A DNA stretch of 64,000 nt. Source: an uncultured Planctomycetales bacterium (GTDB lineage: Bacteria; Planctomycetota; Phycisphaerae; UBA1845; PWPN01). Below are positions 37,217 to 46,663 of this stretch, one piece after another. The translations under genes were made by a program, and so were the position numbers. The notes under the pieces were generated by a model. It worked only from the letters and a program-made list of their open reading frames with translations, had not been told where the DNA came from and made no database searches. Location of the stretch: the NCBI GenBank assembly GCA_964579675.1, contig CAZOIA010000004.1, positions 3,551 through 67,550 of the forward strand, in the 5' to 3' direction. Every line of letters starts with the position of its first letter. Within the stretch, counting starts at the first letter, position 1.

Positions 37217-38415
37217 GCGTGTTCTTACCGGATGACGTGTCCCGGTTGTCCTGTCGAGTCGCAGCGATCGGGGTGAGTCTTCTGAGCTGCCTGCCGGCGC
37301 GTGCGCTGGATCCCGAGCCGCTACCGTTTCCGGTGTACGTTGCCTGCCGGATCACCGGAGACATCACGATCGACGGCAAGCTGTCCGAGGCGGCGTGGCG
37401 GGAGACCTCGCTGGGTTGGGGGATGTCCCACTCGATTGAGCCGAACACGCTGTGCCCCGATCCCACTCTGTTCAGGATCGGCTACGACGATGAGTGGGTC
37501 TATCTGTCGCTGGCCGCCTACAAGCGGAGGGTGCAGGACGACATACCCGAGCACGTCTGGAAGCCGCGGGAAACGGACATCATGGATATGCAGGCGGTGC
37601 CCCGGCACAACCGGATGCGCGGGATCATCCCCCCGACCAACACCGCCGACGTGCTGATCTCTCGTGAGGGGCGAACGGTGACGCTGCACTTCGAGCCGCC
37701 CAAAACGCCGACGGCGAAGGTGCACGATTCGCTTGGCGAGCGAGGGCTTGATCTGGAACTGACGCACGCGTACGTGGGTAGCCTGGACGACGCACTGTGG
37801 ACGGTGGAGGTCCGGGTTGGCTGGGATGCGTTGGGTTTCCCGGCTCCGGGCAGCGGCGATGACTGGGCGTTGAACCTCTATCGCGATATCCGTTTCTTCA
37901 GCAACTGGTCGTTCATCTCCTGGATGCGGCGATGGGCCAAGGCCGAGTACTCGCGGTACAACATGGTCGATCGGTTTGGCCGGATCATCTTCCAGAACAA
38001 GCCGGACCTCGGGGCGATCGAGAAGGAGGCCAGGCGGATCGCCGCCGGGCGGGGCCCGGTCCGCGTATTCACGCCGGACGCCTACGTGCGGGTGGACACC
38101 GGGGGGCGGGTGGTCCGGCAATGGTACGCCGATCGGCTCAGGCAGATGCTCAAGTATGCCGGCGAGATCTTCCGCGACCGGACCCGGATCGGGAATGATT
38201 TGCCCTACCATCCGTTCTTCACGGAGCGCAAGCCGCGGGAGCATCTGGCCAAGGCCCAACAGAAGCTCGGCTGGCTCCACGACGCCATGACCGGTCCTGT
38301 GGCGTGGGACGATCCGGCAAGCGGCGTGGCACGAATCGCACACGCGATCCCCAAGGCGAGAGAGGGTTTATACACCTATAAGAAGGAACGGCTGTACCGT
38401 GGCTTGCCGGAGTAG
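37213..38415 (+). CDS. secreted CBM9/DOMON-like sugar-binding domain protein
   Basis: ITIDGKLSEAAW, FRIGYDDEWVYLSL, WTVEVRVGWDALG, WALNLYR; ATGA overlap with the previous stop. Confidence 0.65.
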   Translation: MSVFLPDDVSRLSCRVAAIGVSLLSCLPARALDPEPLPFPVYVACRITGDITIDGKLSEAAWRETSLGWGMSHSIEPNTLCPDPTLFRIGYDDEWVYLSLAAYKRRVQDDIPEHVWKPRETDIMDMQAVPRHNRMRGIIPPTNTADVLISREGRTVTLHFEPPKTPTAKVHDSLGERGLDLELTHAYVGSLDDALWTVEVRVGWDALGFPAPGSGDDWALNLYRDIRFFSNWSFISWMRRWAKAEYSRYNMVDRFGRIIFQNKPDLGAIEKEARRIAAGRGPVRVFTPDAYVRVDTGGRVVRQWYADRLRQMLKYAGEIFRDRTRIGNDLPYHPFFTERKPREHLAKAQQKLGWLHDAMTGPVAWDDPASGVARIAHAIPKAREGLYTYKKERLYRGLPE

Positions 38416-41400
38416 ATTGGCAGTCCTGATGGGTGTGATGGCGACCGCGGCCGTGACGTGCTGCGCGGGGGCGGCTGATCCCGGGCAAGTCGGCGAGCCG
38501 CCCCAGTACGGGTGGCGGCTCAGCGGGGATGCGTTCCTGAGACTCGGGGAGGGCCTGGAGACGCCGCACACCAGGTGGATGAAGCCGGCGGCGGCAGGCA
38601 CCGTCAGGGCGCTCTTTCTGGTCAACAAGATAGCGGCCTACGACGTCGGGGAACTCGGTCGCCGGCTGGACCTGGAGATCCGTGGTATGCCTGCTGAGAC
38701 CTGGCTCCGGCTGGGAGACAACTACTGGCTGTGGCTGTGGCACGAGTCGTCGAGCAACCCGGAGCGGTCGGCCCATTTCGAGGCCATGCTGGACGATGAA
38801 TACGACGTCATCGTCCTGGGCAACTGCCGGTTCCTCTCGCTCTACGAGAGCGTCCAGTACAAGATCCTCAAGAAGGTGGCGGGCGGGTGCGGGCTGGTGA
38901 TGTTCTACCCTCACGACCTTGACCCGCGCATGTTGCGGCATCCGCTTCCCGAAGCCGCCCAGCAGTTGTCGGTCGGGATTCCGTTTGCCGGACTGACGTT
39001 CTACCGGAACCTGTTCATGCTGCGCAAGGACCTGAACCGGCCCGACGAGATCGGCGGGCACCTGTTTCGGGCGTATCAGTTCGGCCGCGGGCGCGTTCTG
39101 GAGGTGGACTACGCGACGCAGTCGAGCGTTTTTGACGCCGTGCCCGGCGCGATCACGCCGTTCGAGGATTACGACTACACGTCCCCGGTTCAGTACGACT
39201 ACCACCAGGCATTGGCGGCCCGATGCCTGATGTGGGCTGCGGGTAGAGAACCGCGGCTTGCGTGGACGAGGCCGTTGCCGGACCGGATGGAGATCGCAGC
39301 GCTTGCCGAATCACCCGCGGACAAGGTGGAATGTCAGTGGTCGGGAGCGGCGGGCATCACCCTGACGCGGCGGACGCGCGTGCGAAACCGCTGGGGCGAC
39401 GTGGCACATGAGCATGAGGAATCGTTCCGGGCCGATGCCGGCGTGATGTCCTGGGAGACGGTCCTGCCGCCGCTGCCCGCAGGAACGCACTTCGTTGATT
39501 TCATCGTCTCCAGCGCCGACGGCGTCGAGAACTGGGGGTCCTTCGCGGTTGACGTCCGGTCGTCGCTGTGGATCAGCGCGGTTGAGCCGGCTGACTCGTT
39601 CTTCGAGCGGGGCCAGGACGTGACGGGTCGGGTGCTGTTGTCGCGCCGGGTGACGGATGACGAGGAGGTGGCCCTGTTGCTGACGCTGCAGGACGGTTAC
39701 GACCGCGTCTTCTCGATGGCACGCAGAGGTGTCCAGGCCGCCACGGACCGCGTTGAGTTCCGGATACCGCAGGGCAACCTCATCGCCTGGGGAGCGCGGC
39801 TGCGCGTGAAGCTCTCGCTTGGCGGCCGTACCGCCGACCAGGACGAGGTGGAGCTGTGGTTCCGCCGGCCGGGGCGGGGCGAGTTCCCGATTGCCATGTG
39901 GGGTGCGATTCCAGGTTACGGGAACCACATCGGCAACCTGCAGATGCGTAAGCTCGGCTTCACGGCCGTCCTGGCTGGTCATCCGATTAACCAGGCCCGT
40001 GACGATCTCGGCTGGATGACTTTCGGCGGCGGGCGCGGGGCGCTGGTTCATTCGCTCGGCGACGAGATCCAGGTGCCGCATCCGAAGAAGGGCGAGGTGT
40101 TCGGCGACTTCCTGAAGAGGCGATACGACTCGATCGACGAACTGGACGCCGCGTGGAAGACGAGCTACACCGCATGGGAAGAAGCGGAGCCGGGCGGCGG
40201 CGTGGAGGATGGTTCGGCGGCGAGCTTCGTTCGCTACCATGATTCGCTGTCATGCGGGGAATCCCTGCATGCCGAGCGTTGTCGGGAAGGGCGCGAATCG
40301 GTCGAGAAGACCAATCCCCAGGGGGTCGTGGGTCCGGAAGGCTCGCCGGTGGGCGACCCGGAGCTGACGTTGCCGGAGGTGACGTTCTGGGGCCCCTATC
40401 TGACGGTTCGAGACAACCTGCTGGTAACCGCCATTGCCAGGCCCGGTACACTGCGCGGGAACTGGTTTGGCGGTTACGTGGAAGACCGCCAGGTGCCCAC
40501 CCGGCTGCGCCACGTTCTGTGGCTGTCGATCCTCGGCGGCAACAACATGATCGAGTACTTCACCATCAGCGGTGGGCTGCTGGCCCCGGACCTGACGCGG
40601 ATGCCGTTCACCGATCAGTTCATGAAGTCGTGGCACCAGCTTCGCCGGGGGCTCGGTCCGCTGCTGGCAAAGTGCCGGCCGGCGGGCAACCCGGTGGCGC
40701 TACTGCACTCGCAACCGTCCGAGCACGTCGGCCGGGCGGGCGGGCAGTGGACGGACACAACCAAGGTGCACGCGTTTATGCTGGACCTGCTGGGGGATGC
40801 GGGCTATGGGCCGCAGTACGTCGCCTCGGGCCAGGTCAAAGCCGGGCGGCTTCAGGACGGCGATATCAAGGTTCTCTTCCTGTTGCACGCCTTCGCGTTG
40901 TCCGACGATGAGATCGCTGGGATCGTGACGTTTGCGGAGAAGGGCGGCACGGTGATCGCGGACATCCCGCCCGCCTGGTTCGACGAACGATGCCGGTTGC
41001 GAGAACTGCGGGCGCTGGATGCGTTCTTCGGGTTGCAGCCGGCTGCCCCCCAGGCGTCATTGAAATGGCGCAGGTCGCTCATGGGGGAGACAGCAGAGGT
41101 CGAGGTTGCCGGCGGCGTCATGCACCTGCGGGGGCGCGATGCGTCACTCGTCGCGGCCGGCTCCGAGACGTTTCCGGACATCCTCGAAAGAGCACATGGT
41201 CATGGCAGATCGGTCCTGCTCAACGGCGTCGTGTGGCAGGAAGGGCGAGCTAACGCCGGCACGGCGCGGGCGTTGCGGCAACTGCTTTCGGACCGGGCCC
41301 GCACGCCGCGGGCCTTCGAGCCAAGCTTTCGTCACCCGCTCGGCAAGCCGGGGATGAAGGTCTATTCGTACGAACGGGGCGACATCCGGATCGACGCGGT

Positions 41401-41884
41401 CCTGCCGCCGGAGGCTACGGACCCGGCCGTCCCCGTCGTGCCTCGCGTCCGGTGGTCCGAAGCGAAACATACGTACGATCTGCGCGAGGAGTCGTACCTC
41501 GGCCACCTGGACAGGCTGGAGCAACGCGTGGACCGCAGCTCACCACTGGTCGTCGCCCGGCTGGATTACCGGGTGGGCGGTGTGCGGATCGACGCGCCGG
41601 CGGCGGCCGGAATCGGGGACGTCCTTACCCTTGCCTGTCACGTGCTCGACGACGGCGGCAAACCGAGGCCCGGCCACGTCGTCCGCGTCAAAGTCGAGGG
41701 TCCCACGGGCATCGAGTACCCGTATTACGGCGCGATCCTCGACGCGATCGGCCCGGAACAATCCTGGCGGATTCCGTTTGCCATGAACGACCAGCCCGGG
41801 CAGTGGCGCATCACCGCAACGGACGTGGTCAGCGGTCAATCCGCCACCGCGTCGATCCGTCTCAGCAAAGGCCAACACCGGTAA
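38399..41884 (+). CDS. large secreted protein with beta-galactosidase (GH42-like) trimerisation domain and C-terminal Ig-like domain
   Basis: Signal peptide; FLKRRYDSIDELDAAWKTSY, VALLHSQPS, IKVLFLLHAFALSDDEIAGIVTFAEKGGTVIAD, PGQWRITATDVVSG. Confidence 0.6.
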   Translation: MACRSRLAVLMGVMATAAVTCCAGAADPGQVGEPPQYGWRLSGDAFLRLGEGLETPHTRWMKPAAAGTVRALFLVNKIAAYDVGELGRRLDLEIRGMPAETWLRLGDNYWLWLWHESSSNPERSAHFEAMLDDEYDVIVLGNCRFLSLYESVQYKILKKVAGGCGLVMFYPHDLDPRMLRHPLPEAAQQLSVGIPFAGLTFYRNLFMLRKDLNRPDEIGGHLFRAYQFGRGRVLEVDYATQSSVFDAVPGAITPFEDYDYTSPVQYDYHQALAARCLMWAAGREPRLAWTRPLPDRMEIAALAESPADKVECQWSGAAGITLTRRTRVRNRWGDVAHEHEESFRADAGVMSWETVLPPLPAGTHFVDFIVSSADGVENWGSFAVDVRSSLWISAVEPADSFFERGQDVTGRVLLSRRVTDDEEVALLLTLQDGYDRVFSMARRGVQAATDRVEFRIPQGNLIAWGARLRVKLSLGGRTADQDEVELWFRRPGRGEFPIAMWGAIPGYGNHIGNLQMRKLGFTAVLAGHPINQARDDLGWMTFGGGRGALVHSLGDEIQVPHPKKGEVFGDFLKRRYDSIDELDAAWKTSYTAWEEAEPGGGVEDGSAASFVRYHDSLSCGESLHAERCREGRESVEKTNPQGVVGPEGSPVGDPELTLPEVTFWGPYLTVRDNLLVTAIARPGTLRGNWFGGYVEDRQVPTRLRHVLWLSILGGNNMIEYFTISGGLLAPDLTRMPFTDQFMKSWHQLRRGLGPLLAKCRPAGNPVALLHSQPSEHVGRAGGQWTDTTKVHAFMLDLLGDAGYGPQYVASGQVKAGRLQDGDIKVLFLLHAFALSDDEIAGIVTFAEKGGTVIADIPPAWFDERCRLRELRALDAFFGLQPAAPQASLKWRRSLMGETAEVEVAGGVMHLRGRDASLVAAGSETFPDILERAHGHGRSVLLNGVVWQEGRANAGTARALRQLLSDRARTPRAFEPSFRHPLGKPGMKVYSYERGDIRIDAVLPPEATDPAVPVVPRVRWSEAKHTYDLREESYLGHLDRLEQRVDRSSPLVVARLDYRVGGVRIDAPAAAGIGDVLTLACHVLDDGGKPRPGHVVRVKVEGPTGIEYPYYGAILDAIGPEQSWRIPFAMNDQPGQWRITATDVVSGQSATASIRLSKGQHR

Positions 41885-41898
41885 GAGAGGAAAAAGGA

Positions 41899-41975
41899 AC
41901 CACCAAGACACGAAGGCACCAAGATAGCAGCATCTTTTCTCCCGGCTTTGCTTTGTGCCTTGGTGTCTTTGTGGT
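41899..41975. repeat. REP doublet, ACCAC(A/C)AAGACAC.AAGGCAC.AAG family
   Basis: Arms 41899-41923 and 41951-41975 form a 25-bp inverted repeat (22/25); a degenerate CACGAAACCGCGAAA copy follows at about 42013. Confidence 0.75.
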
Positions 41976-42194
41976 TTCCGGTGCCTCCAGTACCAGTCTT
42001 GAATAACGAGAGCACGAAACCGCGAAAACACAAGACGATTTCGACCTTGGGCTGTTTCGCGTTGCGGAGCCCCCAATGGGGTCAGGGCAGCGTGGCCCGG
42101 GGGCGTGGAGGCGTTGGGGCCAGGGTGCTGAGACCGGCGATGTTATCGGGTCAACCGGCGCGCGCCGGCTGCAGCCGGCCGACCTATAAAGCGC

Positions 42195-42222
42195 TTAACC
42201 CGGCCCCGGGAGCGACCGATAA
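42195..42222 (+). promoter_or_regulatory. sigma28-type promoter outside the flagellar cluster
   Basis: TTAA-N16-ACCGATAA, the same layout as the fliS promoter; ATG 42230 lies 7 nt downstream. Confidence 0.55.
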
Positions 42223-42229
42223 GCCATCT

Positions 42230-42421
42230 ATGTCGGCATGTTCACCACGTCGAGGGTTAGCGGGGCCCGCGCGGCGCCGGTGGACGCTCGCAACCGGAGT
42301 GATAACCGCCGCGTTCCTCACTGTGCTGATCGTCTTTGTGCACCAGTCCCGAGCGATCAGAGTGAGCTATTGGAGGCTCTGGGGGATGGGTGCGGCGGTT
42401 GCGGATCGAATCCAGGAATGA
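42230..42421 (+). CDS. small single-pass membrane protein (63 aa)
   Basis: RRRW-TLATGVITAAFLTVLIVFV-HQSR; its TGA overlaps the next ATG (ATGA). Confidence 0.5.
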   Translation: MSACSPRRGLAGPARRRWTLATGVITAAFLTVLIVFVHQSRAIRVSYWRLWGMGAAVADRIQE

Positions 42422-44397
42422 TGCAGCCCGACAGCAGCACACTCGCGTGGCTCATCGCGGTGCCGGTGCTCGGCGCGCTGGCGGTGGCTGCCATCGCGCG
42501 CATGCTGCGGCGACGCTGGGTACCCGATGCCGATGCCGTGACGACGGGCACGCTGGCGGCGGTTCTGGTCATGGCCGCATTTCTGACGGCGTTTCATCTG
42601 ATCGCCTTGGGGCGGATGTTGGAGCTGCTATCGGGCCTGTCGGTGGGCGGCATCACGGCGCTGTTCGTGCTGTTCCTGGAGATCGCGCTGGTTCTGATGA
42701 TCCGATACTCACCGGCGGCGCCGGTTTCCAGGCGAGCGCTTTCCCGGTGGGGCGGGCCAAGCCGGGCGGATTGGCTGTGTCTGGTGCCGGTGGTCGGCGC
42801 GCACCTCCTGCTCATGGTCGAAGCGCTGTCTCGGACGCCGACGGGCCATGATGCCCTGAAGTATCATCTGCCGTTGGCGGTAATGTGGATCCGCACCGAC
42901 GCGCTGATCGTGAGACCCGACATCTGGATGTTCGCCCTGCCGGGCAATGGTCATCTGCCCATGTGGTGGCTGCTGAAGTCCGGCGTCGAGCACCTGGCCA
43001 GTCTGGCCTACTGGCCGGCGGGCGTCCTGCTGGCCGGCGCGGTCTGGTCGATCGTGCGGACCCAGCGGGGCTCGCGTTTCGCGGGAATCCTGGCCGTGGC
43101 CATCGTGCTCTCGACCCACCTGGTGGTGTGGCAGATGTATGCCGGCTACATCGACCTGTTCGGGACGGCCTTCCTGGCGGCGGGTATTGCCTCGTTTCTG
43201 CTGGCGGTATCAGAAAAAGAGCGGACGCGGCCGGCCCGGCGACTCCTCGTTGTCATCGCGGGGCTGGCGATCGGCATCGCGCTGGGCACCAAACCGGTCA
43301 ACTGGGGTTACGGCCTTGCCGTCGCGGTGTTCTTCTTCGTCGTTCACCTGTACCGCAACCGCCGGCAATTAGACCTGGTGTTCCTTCTGCCGGTGTTTTG
43401 TCTGGCGTGCTTGGCCTGCTCGATGTTCTGGTTCCTGCGGGCCGCGGTCGAGACGGGCAACCCGTTCTGCCCCATCCAGGTGACGGTCGGTGACCACGTA
43501 CTCCTGAAAGGCTTTGATATCGGCTGGACCGGGCAGGACCCGCCACTGTACATGCTTGCGTCGCTGGGGGGCATCATTGAGTTGCTGCGACGGTTGCCCG
43601 GCTTTGCGGCGACGGTGGATGTGAAGGTCGGGGGCGTCGGGCCGCTGTTTTCGATGTTCGTCCCGCCCGGCATGCTGATCGCCGTGGCCGGCGTCACGCT
43701 GAGAGGACGACGGGCCATGCGCCACGATCGGCTCGTGGTGCTGCTGCTCACCGGTATTCTGTTCGCGGTCTGGGTTCTTGCGATTCGGCACTACGGCCGG
43801 TTCGGGATCATCTATCTGGTGATGGCCACCTGCCTGGCAGCGCCGGTTGTCGGGTGGGTGGCCCGGTTCTGGCCCCGCGTGATCTATGGCGCCGCGCTGG
43901 TGGCAACCTGCCTGGCCTGCGCCACGGTGACGATCGTTCCCTGCGACAGCTTGTGCCGCCGGATCCTGGCCAACGATCTTTCGCGTGCGCACTACTACCA
44001 CATTCCCAAGCTGATCGATGGTTTTCCTGCGGGAACGCGCATTGCCAATCTGACCTCACCGAAGTTGATCGGGGCCCGTGGCCTGACCTATCCCCTGTAC
44101 GGCAAGGGCTTGAAGAACGATGTCATCGACTTCATGACAATCGAGGCGTTGTTCCCGGACCTCAGGCCGACCGTCGAGCAGCTTCAGGAGCTGGACGTGG
44201 AATACGTGTTCCTCCGCGAGCCCATTACCGACGACTGGACCGACGGGACTCGACTTGAACTGATCTACCAGGATCGGGAGGATCCGAACCGCCCGCCCAC
44301 CACGCCCGCCTCACGCATCTATCGCGTGCCCGCCCCCGACACCGAGGCCCGTCACGCAGTAGCGATGACGAGGACCCCCGGCTCAAGTCATCGCTGA
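42418..44397 (+). CDS. polytopic membrane protein, GT-C (ArnT/PMT-like) glycosyltransferase-like
   Basis: More than 12 TM segments; GHDALKYHLP in an early loop, YIDLFGT, LGTKP, WFLRAAVETGNP; soluble C-terminal domain. Confidence 0.6.
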   Translation: MMQPDSSTLAWLIAVPVLGALAVAAIARMLRRRWVPDADAVTTGTLAAVLVMAAFLTAFHLIALGRMLELLSGLSVGGITALFVLFLEIALVLMIRYSPAAPVSRRALSRWGGPSRADWLCLVPVVGAHLLLMVEALSRTPTGHDALKYHLPLAVMWIRTDALIVRPDIWMFALPGNGHLPMWWLLKSGVEHLASLAYWPAGVLLAGAVWSIVRTQRGSRFAGILAVAIVLSTHLVVWQMYAGYIDLFGTAFLAAGIASFLLAVSEKERTRPARRLLVVIAGLAIGIALGTKPVNWGYGLAVAVFFFVVHLYRNRRQLDLVFLLPVFCLACLACSMFWFLRAAVETGNPFCPIQVTVGDHVLLKGFDIGWTGQDPPLYMLASLGGIIELLRRLPGFAATVDVKVGGVGPLFSMFVPPGMLIAVAGVTLRGRRAMRHDRLVVLLLTGILFAVWVLAIRHYGRFGIIYLVMATCLAAPVVGWVARFWPRVIYGAALVATCLACATVTIVPCDSLCRRILANDLSRAHYYHIPKLIDGFPAGTRIANLTSPKLIGARGLTYPLYGKGLKNDVIDFMTIEALFPDLRPTVEQLQELDVEYVFLREPITDDWTDGTRLELIYQDREDPNRPPTTPASRIYRVPAPDTEARHAVAMTRTPGSSHR

Positions 44398-44437
44398 ACA
44401 TAAGACCCATCACGAGACCTCGCTGCGGCACCGGTGC

Positions 44438-45652
44438 TCAACCGGCCCGGCCATAGTCGGGGATCTTCATCTGTTCGCCGTCCTTGAGCGCCGACTGGTG
44501 GGCGATGATGCCGGGAACCGTGTACGCGACCGCTTCGTAGACGTCCACGAACGGGGGCCGGTCCTCGAGCAGGGCGCTGACGAACTCGTGCGTCAGGAAC
44601 GTATGCGAGCCACCGTGGCCGCTCGCTTTCCGCAGCGGCTCGGGCAGCATGTCCGTGTCGTAGTGTTTTGGGATCTCGATCGGTTCGGTCCGGTGGCCGG
44701 GGTTGGGGTACCCGACCATGGCCGGTATCCCCCCGGGCCGCGGCATGAAGAACGACATCTTGTCGCCGTAAAGCTCGCCGCGCTCCGTCCCGCCCGCCGC
44801 CACGTGCCAGAAGACCGACACCCGTGACGAATGACCGCCCGAGGTCTTGAAGAAACCGCTCGTGTTCCAGAAGGGGTTGTGGTAGAGGTTCGATTGCAGC
44901 ACCTCGTGCCCGTCGCCCCACCCGATCGCGCTGACCTCGGTGAACCGTTCGCCGGTCACGCTGGTCAGGATGCCCGTGCAGTGCGTCGGGTAATGCATAG
45001 GCGGGAGCCCGTGCCGCCAGGTGGGCAGGCCCCGCTCGTCGAAGTACAGCCCGATGAGCCCCTCGTGGTGGTACTCCATCTCCGAGTAGAAGATCTCGCC
45101 GAACTTGCCCTTGTTGAACCAGTTGCGGCAGGAGATGACTTCCTGACGGTAGACGCTGGTCTCGGCCATCATGTAACTGCGGCCCGTACGTTTGACGGCG
45201 TCGATGAGCTTCTCGCAGCCTCCCACGGTCATGGCGGCCGGTACGGCCGAGATCACGTGCTTGCCGGCCTCCATCGCCTTGACCGCGTGGTAAACGTGCA
45301 GCGGGGCAGGCGTGAACACGGCAATGGCATCCACGTTCTTGTCCTTGATCAGGTTGTGGAAGTCGTCGTAGCCCACGTCGCACTGGTACCGTTTCCTCAG
45401 GCGATCGAGCGCCTCCGGGCGAATGTCGCACACGGCCTTGACGACCGAGTTGGGATGCTCGTGCCAATAGAAGCTGCATCCGAACCCGCCGCCGACGACG
45501 CCCATGCGGACCTTCTTGCCATCCGCGCCGTCGGCCGCCGTGGCTGATGAGGTCATTGCCGGTCCGATGGTAGTCGCCGCCACCGCGGCTGAACTCATGC
45601 CCTTGATGAACGAACGACGCGTCATGTCCGCATGATCGTGGCTCGGTGCCAT
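44438..45652 (-). CDS. Tat-exported Gfo/Idh/MocA family oxidoreductase
   Basis: TRRSFIK twin-arginine signal; MGVVGGGFG, FTPAPLHVYHAVKAMEAGKHVISAVP, MMAETS; SD GGAGG. Confidence 0.88.
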   Translation of the reverse strand: MAPSHDHADMTRRSFIKGMSSAAVAATTIGPAMTSSATAADGADGKKVRMGVVGGGFGCSFYWHEHPNSVVKAVCDIRPEALDRLRKRYQCDVGYDDFHNLIKDKNVDAIAVFTPAPLHVYHAVKAMEAGKHVISAVPAAMTVGGCEKLIDAVKRTGRSYMMAETSVYRQEVISCRNWFNKGKFGEIFYSEMEYHHEGLIGLYFDERGLPTWRHGLPPMHYPTHCTGILTSVTGERFTEVSAIGWGDGHEVLQSNLYHNPFWNTSGFFKTSGGHSSRVSVFWHVAAGGTERGELYGDKMSFFMPRPGGIPAMVGYPNPGHRTEPIEIPKHYDTDMLPEPLRKASGHGGSHTFLTHEFVSALLEDRPPFVDVYEAVAYTVPGIIAHQSALKDGEQMKIPDYGRAG

Positions 45653-45692
45653 TGCACACCTCCGGTTCGTGTTCCGCACGTCAAACAACGCA

Positions 45693-46259
45693 TCAGCCGC
45701 CACCGCCAAGCCCAGCCCGTGAAACGACGTGGTAAGTCGGGCCGCTGGGGCGGAGGATCGATTGAAACAGCACCAGCTCCCCGGCAACAAAAGGGCCGGC
45801 CGAGAACTGCGATTCGCATTCGACCGCCGCCCGAATCTCCCGCGATGCACGACTATCACGCACCCGCCCCACAGTCAGGTGAGGGACGTACTTGCGGTTT
45901 TCCTTCTTGAACCCAAGCTCGGCGCAGGCCTGCTCGCACGCCCGCTGGCAGTCGATAAGCGTTTGTGGTGGGTCGATGATGCCCGCCCATACGATCCGGG
46001 CTTGCCCACCCGGCGGGAAGCAACCCGTCCCTCGCAGTTCGAGTTCAAACGGCCCGTACTCACCGGCGACCGTGGCGGCGGCTTGACAGACCGACGGCAC
46101 CTTCTCGTCAGGCACCTCGCCCAGGAACTTGAGCGTCAGATGGATCTGGTCCGACCTCATCCACCGTACCGCCCTGCCCAACGAGCTCAAACGCTCCTGC
46201 AACTCGGCCAGACGATCACGTACATCCGCCGGCAGCTCAATCGCCAGGAAGCAACGCAT
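45693..46259 (-). CDS. thpR: RNA 2',3'-cyclic phosphodiesterase (2H family)
   Basis: MRCFLAIELP, IHLTLKFLGEV and VPHLTVGR (two HxT motifs), LFQSILRPSGPTY. Confidence 0.92.
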   Translation of the reverse strand: MRCFLAIELPADVRDRLAELQERLSSLGRAVRWMRSDQIHLTLKFLGEVPDEKVPSVCQAAATVAGEYGPFELELRGTGCFPPGGQARIVWAGIIDPPQTLIDCQRACEQACAELGFKKENRKYVPHLTVGRVRDSRASREIRAAVECESQFSAGPFVAGELVLFQSILRPSGPTYHVVSRAGLGGGG

Positions 46260-46431
46260 GGCCGTCATCTTACGCATGATCGCAGGAGCGGCAAGGATGC
46301 GGCAGGCAGAGCGACTGGTCTCCTTCTTGCTCCCCTCGAGGTGCCCATAACGGCTCTTACTGCGGAACGGCTGACGTGTTCTAATCACTCAAACTGACCG
46401 GTTCTGTTGCCCGGATGACCATAACTCCAAA

Positions 46432-46521
46432 GAGCCACGAGCTTTAGCCCGCGCGGCCGTTCCAGCGTGTAGGCAGGCACAATCGCCTCTTGAAACACCG
46501 CGCGGCTGAAGCCCGCGGCTC
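46432..46521. repeat. REP doublet, GAGCCGCGGGCTTCAGCC(C)GCGCGG family
   Basis: Left arm 46432-46456 GAGCCACGAGCTTTAGCCCGCGCGG; right arm 46498-46521 reverse complement GAGCCGCGGGCTTCAGCCGCGCGG. Confidence 0.75.
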
Positions 46522-46663
46522 GTCGCTATCGAGACCGGTGATTTGAGTACCCTGGTATGGTTGGCGGGCCCAAGGTAATATGCCCCCCGTTCCTTGTGTA
46601 GACTCGTGGTATCTGGCAGGGATTGGTGGACGAATTCGACGAGGAGTATCTGGAGGATTATCG

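Noticed and set aside
42143-42150. Divergent sigma28 -10 (CCCGATAA) on the minus strand
   Set aside because: No -35 element at the expected spacing and no downstream gene
41540-42421. ORFs 41540-42076 and 41948-42421 as full genes
   Set aside because: They translate through REP elements (HRKPQRHQGTK...LGAFVSWWF); only 42230-42421 is retained
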